Positions 56,601 to 64,000 of a stretch of 64,000 nucleotides of DNA are shown here, one piece after another. The notes below the pieces were generated by a model. That model searched no databases. It was not told where the DNA came from and was given only the letters and a program-made list of their open reading frames with translations. The DNA comes from Tubiluchus corallicola (lineage: Eukaryota; Animalia; Priapulida). The translations under genes and the position numbers were made by a program. The stretch's first letter is position 1; the number at the start of each line of letters is the position of its first letter. The stretch spans positions 349,131 to 413,130 of the forward strand of contig JAQGDQ010000191.1 in assembly GCA_030141605.1 (NCBI GenBank). The letters run 5' to 3'.

Positions 56601-59171
56601 TTAAAATTAAATACTAGCTTAAGAAAGAAAGAAAAATCCATTTATCTGCTCAAAGTTGCAAATATTAAACATAATGAATGCAAGACAAGTTTTGCAAATT
56701 GCCACGTTAGTTAAATACATGTACAAGAAGCCAGTAGCGAATGTAATCAGCCAAAATACAGAAAAATGGATTTTCACATCAACATTTGAAGAAAACGACA
56801 CGTAAGTAATATAGTAAATCAAAACAACACATCTGAGGACCATTCCTAACACTAGTACCAGTTAGAAGTTGAAATGTGGATGCTTTCAGTTTGTAGTAGC
56901 AGAAGATTGGTAACCAATGTATGGGTCATGCCAATCTACATCGGTACAAAACCAAATTCTGTAGACAAAAGAACACACAATCTTAACCAATACTAGTAAT
57001 AAAAGTAAATAAGAATTAAACTTTTAAATATACTATATGTGCTTTATGTCAATCTTTATAATTATCATTCTTATCAAAGAGAACTGGTTGTTAATCTTTA
57101 TAAGACGACAATAATTATATCTAATATCTATATTATTGCCATTTTAACAGCTATTTTTCCTCATATTAGAAATAGCGTTCCATTTTTTAATCTTTTCTTG
57201 AACATAGGTAGTGTGAAAAAATAAATTTATTGGTGGCTTATGAGAACCACTATCCCAAACTATACATACCTGCAACAACTATGACAAAGTAATCCTGGTA
57301 GTGCTTTCGAATATATTTGACCAGATCAACAGCATAATTGAATTCGCTTTGTTCCTGCCATGTGTCACCTTTCAGTGGATCTGAAATAAAAAAATCCAAT
57401 GATATAAGCAACAACTTCTACAAGTCGCAGGAGTGACCAATCTTTTTGTAAAAGATTTCTATAAAAAAACTGAATAGTTCTCTACTAATCTCAAAAGAGA
57501 AGCAGAACCCTACCCTAGCTAAGAATAATCATTGATATGAGACATTAAACTAAAAGACTGAGGGTTTTAGCCATGTTTGAATATTTATTCATCAACCCTC
57601 AACGAGAGCAATAAGCAAGGCAAAACAGTAGATAAAACTCAGATCAGTTTTGCTACCCTAGAATTTACTAGTCAGACTCAGTTTTTTGTAATCTCGTAAT
57701 CATATATTCATTATGTCACTAGTTACTTACCTATTCTATACTTATACTTATACCTGTAAGTAAACTACACCTTACAAATCAGCTAAATTTTAAAACCATT
57801 TCTCTTGTAATTTCACACAATTTCACAGAATTTCTTGCTAATCTGTACTATAATGGAATTAGCGATAAAATTTGTAAAACAAAACTATAACTTCTACCAG
57901 GTAATTGTGCTCAGAGCTACCAAACTACCAAAATGTTTTTAGTCATTAAAGATTTAGGCTTACCACCACGAAGGGCTAAGACATTTCTAATTCCCAAATT
58001 TTTTGTTCTTTTTAACCACTTGTTAAGCTGAGGAGCAGTTGTATTGCAACAGGTCATGTGTAAGATGGTTTCTAAACCAACGTAATTACATGCAGCAGCT
58101 GCAATTGTAGTAGAACTTGTCTCTTTATCGCTACCTGGATCTCCACCTGAATGCCATGTTACATCAACAAACAAAGGACCACCTTGTCCCATTCTTTCCA
58201 TTCTGAATTCAAAGACAGATACTAACAATTTCAAAAAGCATCTTTGTGAGCACGGATACAATACGTTAATAATGTATTCATCAGCATTTCGCAAAGTAGA
58301 AATGAAGACTCTTCTTAGCTATTAAAATTATGAACTGTCACTATTATTATTATTAAACACTACAACTTTTTGTTCAAAATATAGCAATGTTAAATATAAT
58401 GTGGCATATTGTACTGTTACAAGTGTCACAATTGTTAAAATTAGGATATAGTGCAGAAGCACTAAAAGAAGTATTACGTGAACTAATAAATACATGATGT
58501 AATTAATTGTTAGTCCATGAATTGATAAAGCAATAATTAATAAAGTAACAAATTACAGACCTGCTTATTAAGTTGGCTGATCCATTAGCAGTTTTTGGTG
58601 GAAAGTATTCCAAGGAAAAAAACTTGTCACCTGATGCTATCCTTTCCTAATATGTTAACAACCAATATTAAATGAAAATATCATCTAAAATTAAGCACAA
58701 AATATTAATTTGAGAATCAATAATGGTGATCTTCCTGAATCGATATTTATAACTCTTTTTACATAAAAGTTATGCACTTCAATTTTTATTCATTCATTAC
58801 TCCTAAACCAAAAAACGCACACTAGAGCATATAAAACCCTGTCATTTAATACACATAAAGTCTGCAACATTACAAATGTTGAATAGCAAAGGCTAAAATA
58901 AACAAATAAATTATTATGAACATAAAAAGAACATGCAAGATATTTTAATTGATTTAGAACTGCAGAATTTAAATTCTGCAGAACTTTCATTGCAGTTAAC
59001 ACTAACCTGTATTTTGACATCGAGGCTTTTGTATTTAAATCCATATAAATCTGGAACATTGACAGGTGAGGAGGACCGTGAACCTGTCGACCCATCATCA
59101 CTGCTTGCACTGCTATGTGTATAAAATCCACTAGACTGGGAAGACTGGCGGCGGTCAGAACCTAATACCAT
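50318..59171 (-). CDS. MTHFR: Methylenetetrahydrofolate reductase (11 coding exons, about 685 aa)
   Basis: Exons 59171-59007, 58646-58561, 58202-57964, 57380-57270, 56104-55911, 55592-55032, 54691-54509, 53078-52980, 51987-51862, 50915-50688, 50383-50318. Motifs [86 protein letters not shown]. The last small exon is less certain. Confidence 0.95.
50561..50645. repeat. (TA)n microsatellite in the last MTHFR intron
   Basis: Directly visible. Confidence 0.97.
50975..51330. repeat. Degenerate tandem repeat with a period of about 200 bp
   Basis: ACCTTATTATGAACTAACTTTACATTTTAT (51038) vs ACCTCATTATGGACTAAATTTACACTTTAT (51241). CCACAGTTTTT recurs three times. Confidence 0.55.
52063..52436. mobile_element. 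MITE with long imperfect terminal inverted repeats
   Basis: Outer pair TAAGCCTATTCACAGTT / TAAGCCTTTTCACAGTT and inner pair GGTCAAAGGTTAAGTGTACTACATCAACG / GATCAAGGGTTAAGTGTACTAGACAACG. Confidence 0.75.
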
Positions 59172-62100
59172 CTTCACCAATTAGTACAATGCTTGAGCTA
59201 TAAAACATTAAAATAACAATAAAAGAAAATAATGCAGCCATACTAAATAGAAAATTTACAAAATAACACTATAAAGAAAAACTACAAAAATTCCTTTTAG
59301 TATTCATGAGTTTTAAATGTTTGCAAAACTGTACACTTTAATACTAACAAACTTGCATATTTTTATTTCTGAGTGAAATGTAGATATCATGATACAGTAT
59401 GCAATTTTGAATTCATATCAGCATATTTAAACGTGCAATAGTGATTAAGTTTTATTTTGTAATGTAGCAAACTGAATCTAATGGACAATCACATGATTAA
59501 AAAAGTAGCAACAGAAGCACCTGACAGAGTTGATTGTGAATTGAAAAAGATTGTATGCTGTTTACACTGGCCTGGACAGTCACCGAATACCACAAGCAGT
59601 GTACCTGGTGCAGTTTTTATATGAATAGACTTTGGAGCTTGGACAAGTTAAGCTGAATACGTTTATTTATAATCAATGCCAATATTTCTGATGACAGGGC
59701 AAAGCAGACTTGTCTAAGTGAAAAGGTGAACAAAATTAAATAGTCGTATAATGATAATGTAGTATGCAGAAACAAGAAAGACTCATTTGTTGTAAACAGG
59801 AGTACTATTTAATGAAAAGTAAGCAAAAACAATGCTAATACAGTAATTTAAAAAAGAGTATTTTTAAAAAGTTGCGAAAATAAAGTTTCCCGTAATGAAA
59901 TTATATAAACCACTTGTTGTTACATGGAAAGCCAATGTTCACTGCTATTAATCATATCTCTTGTAAGCTTTGTAAAATAGCAGAAATTCTGGAAAGAAGA
60001 AGGAAAACCATCAACAACTATAATGTAAATGTAGGCCTAGCTACAGTGAAATGTAACATCCTGTATTTCCTGCATTTTTCTCAGGCCAAGCTGTGTTTAA
60101 CTATTAGCACTATCCTGCCAGAAAGCTTACAAATAGCAGAAACCTGTTTGTGCTCTGTCCAGTACTATAAAAGTTCATTGTTTATTGCACATAATGACTT
60201 ACAATTGAGACACAGAAAGCAAATGAAAATGCAAAAAGTATGCCAGGCATATGCTAACTCATTAGAAAGTTTCAAAACAATTCATGTGAATTATCATCAC
60301 ACTTATTTATTACCAATAAAAACGACTGAAAAGTTACCAAAAAAGTTTTAATATTTGTGTGAAAACTGCTTCTGCGTCACTACAAATGACAAAATTTGAT
60401 TTTGCATAAATGCATGGAAACACAATTTTATAATAATTTGAAATTTAGTTCTGTTACATTCACGGAATGCATGATTGTTCAACAATTTAGAAGACATTGT
60501 TTTACATTTCCTGTAAGTAGTGAGCTGAACTTATTCATCCATGTGAATCGTGGCTCTAAAGTCTAACACAGCCCAGTAGTTTTCCATGACAAAATATAGA
60601 AAAATACAGACAAAATGTGTTTTCTAACGGTATATCTGGTAGGCAACCATAAACTGGCTGCAAACAAGTTTTAAGTTAGACTTGAATTTTAATGATGACA
60701 CATGAATCATGAATTTAATCTAGCTGTTGAAAGTGATCGAAATTTACACTGTACATTATTCAAAAAGTAAAAGTTCTAAGGCAGTTACTAGTGAGGAATT
60801 AATATCTAGCTGAAATCTAATTAAAGTAATTAAAATTAATTAATCAATTTCATTACGAGCTTCTGATATTTATAGAGTATGGTAACTCTTTTAATGTTTT
60901 TTTAAACAATTTAAAATCCTGCATGCACACCAGAATCTAGCATTAAATTGCAGGTTTCTTCTAAGCTAGATGTCATGGATTTCTGGGCACAGCAAGACCA
61001 GAACCTGAATGATTATCTTGGTTGAGACACTGAACCAGCAGAGGGCATCATGAGTCCATGAGGTGTCTCAGCACATTTGAACCATTCTATGTCGTCACTC
61101 AAAGAGGCAAACAACTATAATCCGCATGATAAATGAAACCATAGTAACCACCCAGAACAAGAATTGAAGTAGTTCACCCACCCACTCACTGACCAGCCTC
61201 GGCAGCATTCTTCACTTCAGTCACCAAAATGCCAAGCCTGCTGGCCCAAGCACCACATCTGAAGTGATAAAAATCCTCTGCCTACAGCTAAAATTGAAAA
61301 GGTCTACGAAATTATTCACTTGCTTCAAGTCACATGCACAGCAAACTGTATGATGTAATGTATAGCACTCAAGTCTGATTTATAACTTTGGGTCTCACTC
61401 ACATATAATTCAATTTTGTTGTCGATGTTTTGTTCGTTCAGCAAATCAGTAGACCTATACTATGTCTCTCTACGTGTCTGTTGGCTTGGTTGGTCCTTTT
61501 ACTAAGAGAAGCAGTTTCTGTTGCATATATACATTCTTTGTGAGTAATTTTTATCATAAATTATTTTCCATAAATTTCTTTGTTAATGGTTTAAATTTTG
61601 CTGACATTCAATTTTATCATAAATTAATGTATTGCTAGCCTGCAGCATTGTTTATAATAATTAGTTTAAAAAGGAAAGAGTGATAGTACTCGGTAACTGC
61701 TAACTTTTGGTGTTTACTCAACCCATTGCCTTTAAATAGTGCAGTAAAGTTATTGTAAAGCAGAATGTTTCATGCTTTTATGGGAGAAAATAAGTATCTA
61801 TGATTAAATTAAGATTTATTTATATTAATGGTAATTACACACCAGAAGTTACATAAATAACTTACAGAATTCAAATTCCATCTAACATTAGGTCCATTTA
61901 AAATTGCTTCAAAAACAGCTAAAAACATAAATTTTATTTGTGCAGAAGCAAAACAACCCTGCTCGTATTTTTATGAACTACTAGTTTTCATGTATTAGGC
62001 TATTTTTTCATTTAGGCAAAAGAATTTATTAATATTTAATGCAAAAATACATTCATAGTAATATTTTTTAACGAATCATTATTTACGCTTTTTTGCTAAC

Positions 62101-62399
62101 AAAGTTGTTGTTGCATTGTAGAGCCGCAGTAAGGAACTTACTTTAGAATATTTTGCAGAACTCTGGTATTTACATAGATCTATATGTATATAATACCTAC
62201 AGATTCAAAAGCCTGATACCATATTCACAGCACTGTTTACAAGATATATCTTGTGAATGTCCCAAATCTGCAACTTTTCCCTCTAGTTTTTGACAAGTTC
62301 CTTAAGTTTTAAATCCAAAACACATGTACACTGTACATTAACAAACAAGAAAAATTGGCATTTCTATGTGTGTAATTTCTTCGTTTGCATGTCCCGCTT

Positions 62400-63050
62400 G
62401 CTGATGCCAGGCAACCCTATCCACTGCTACTGAACAAGGCGTATTTTCCCATAAAATCTAGAGTTGTATTTATTAAATCTTTTTGCAGTGTCAATAACTG
62501 ACCCCCTCTCACTTTTTTATCGTTTCAAGAGCTTTATGTAATACCACAGAAAGAGGGGATTCCTGAGATAGTTTTAGTACATTCCCTATCCAGTGGAGTC
62601 TTTTTACTTGGAGTTGTTTAGTCCAAGGGTTTTTCTTCATCACATCATACAGGTCATCAGTGTTATATATTCTATCAGGCCATTTAATTCCAAATAATTT
62701 TCTGCTGAGACGTCTTTGAAAAATATTAATTTCCTTTTGTTGTTTAACTTTGCCGTCCATAGCTCAGCATTGCATAAAAATACAAGTTCAACTAAAGTTA
62801 AAAAATCCAAACATTGATCTCAAAGTAAAACCTGTTGAACGCATTTTGAAATCCGAACGGGCAGACAGTGCAAGAATTTTTCTTCGTTGCATGTCAGCTT
62901 CGGTGTCTAACAAACTAAAACGATATTTACATTTTAGTTTGTATTTACATATATAATTATATAAAACGATATTTACATTTTTTCTGCGAATTGTCACTTC
63001 CTCATTGTGATATCCTTAGTTGTTCGTATTGCAAACCTTAAGTTTATATT
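62400..63050 (-). mobile_element. Degraded RTE-like LINE 3' fragment
   Basis: DMQRRKILA, INIFQRRLSRKLFGIKWPDRI.N..LY and RLHWIGNVL are typical of the RTE-clade post-RT region. Frameshifted. Confidence 0.75.
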
Positions 63051-63366
63051 TTTCTGAACAGCAGCTAATTATGCATTATATGTCTTGCAGTTGCATTACA
63101 TTAATTATAATGTAAGTAAAATCATATGCATGTTAATAATGATCAACACCACATGCACTTGACCTTTAACATTAGATCTACTTATTTCTGGGTTACTGGC
63201 TTGCAAATAACTCTAAAAAGTAAGTAAGAAAATATTTTTTACAAAACGAAAATAAGCAAAAGCAAAAAACTATAATAAAGATGGAAAAGAGACAGGGTGG
63301 CAAAACACCAAAACGTCAAGAAAGGAAAGGCGTCGAAAAGCCCATCAATTCACCGTGTTGTTTTCG

Positions 63367-63425
63367 AGAGAGAGAGCGGAGAGATAGATAGATAGAGAAA
63401 GAGAGAGAGAGAAGGAGAGAAAGAG
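63367..63425. repeat. Imperfect GA/GATA-rich microsatellite
   Basis: Directly visible. Confidence 0.8.
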
Positions 63426-63599
63426 ATATGGAAACTTAAATCATAATGTACAAACGAATTTCGTAATAACAGAAAACAATGTTTTAAACGACATCTTGGA
63501 AGTTGGGCTGGAAACAACTAATAGTAACGAACATTAAAAATAACTAAACTTAGCATTACTATTTAATATTACTTTTTTTATTATATTAGTATTAAAAAA

Positions 63600-63900
63600 A
63601 TGCTTCGAATTCGAGGGTGGTACGGAACTACAGCGACAAAACATGAGTTGAACACGTTTCCTTTCTATTACTGTTCGTTTAAGTAACTACTACTTACAAG
63701 CACGTTTACTTTCCAGCCTTTTTTACAACACTGCGGTTTTTTAACTATCGTTCTTTTCAACGAAACTGTTATTGAATGCGGAAATTAAAACACAAAACGC
63801 GAGAGGACAATCTGCACAAACAAATTCACATCGAAGTTTCACTTTATAAACGTAAACTAACGAACGCCTCTAAGCATAGATTCTTTATGGTGTTAATTAC
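63600..63900 (-). promoter_or_regulatory. Candidate MTHFR promoter / non-coding first exon
   Basis: Locally CpG-richer than the surrounding introns, with a minus-strand donor-like GTAAGT at 63697-63692. The first MTHFR coding exon has an acceptor at 59199-59198, so an upstream UTR exon is required. Confidence 0.3.
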
Positions 63901-64000
63901 TTATCGCACCGTATTCTAATCAATTAATCATTGGTGGCAAGGTTATTAACAAAATGCAAAACATGCTTTGCCAAAATATAGAGTAAACTCTTATACTGTG

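Noticed and set aside
60960-61340. GC-richer patch in the MTHFR 5' region
   Set aside because: No ORF, TIR or motif that I could assign; probably an old repeat fragment.

Overview
AT-rich, intron-rich animal (probably arthropod-like invertebrate) genomic DNA with five multi-exon genes that could be reconstructed exon by exon from GT-AG boundaries. They are two tandem spermidine synthase (SRM) paralogs (+, 1250-12134 and 14389-20345, identical 8-exon structure), TDP-43/TARDBP (-, 27321-23320), lysophospholipid acyltransferase LPCAT3/MBOAT5 (+, 33665-46477) and MTHFR (-, 59171-50318). Introns and intergenic DNA hold several DNA-transposon MITEs (one nested), LINE relics and microsatellites. Most notable: (1) the upstream SRM paralog has a remodelled amine-acceptor pocket and an ambiguous exon-4 donor whose best-consensus site creates TGA; (2) a cryptic exon with several strong splice sites in the TDP-43 3' region could give a short TDP-43 isoform; (3) tandem duplications copy splice sites in three different genes, including 4 copies of the last LPCAT3 acceptor; (4) the SRM-TARDBP-MTHFR(+LPCAT3) neighbourhood mirrors human 1p36.22 and its 12p13 paralogon. 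All gene models are read by eye; no transcript data or database searches were available.
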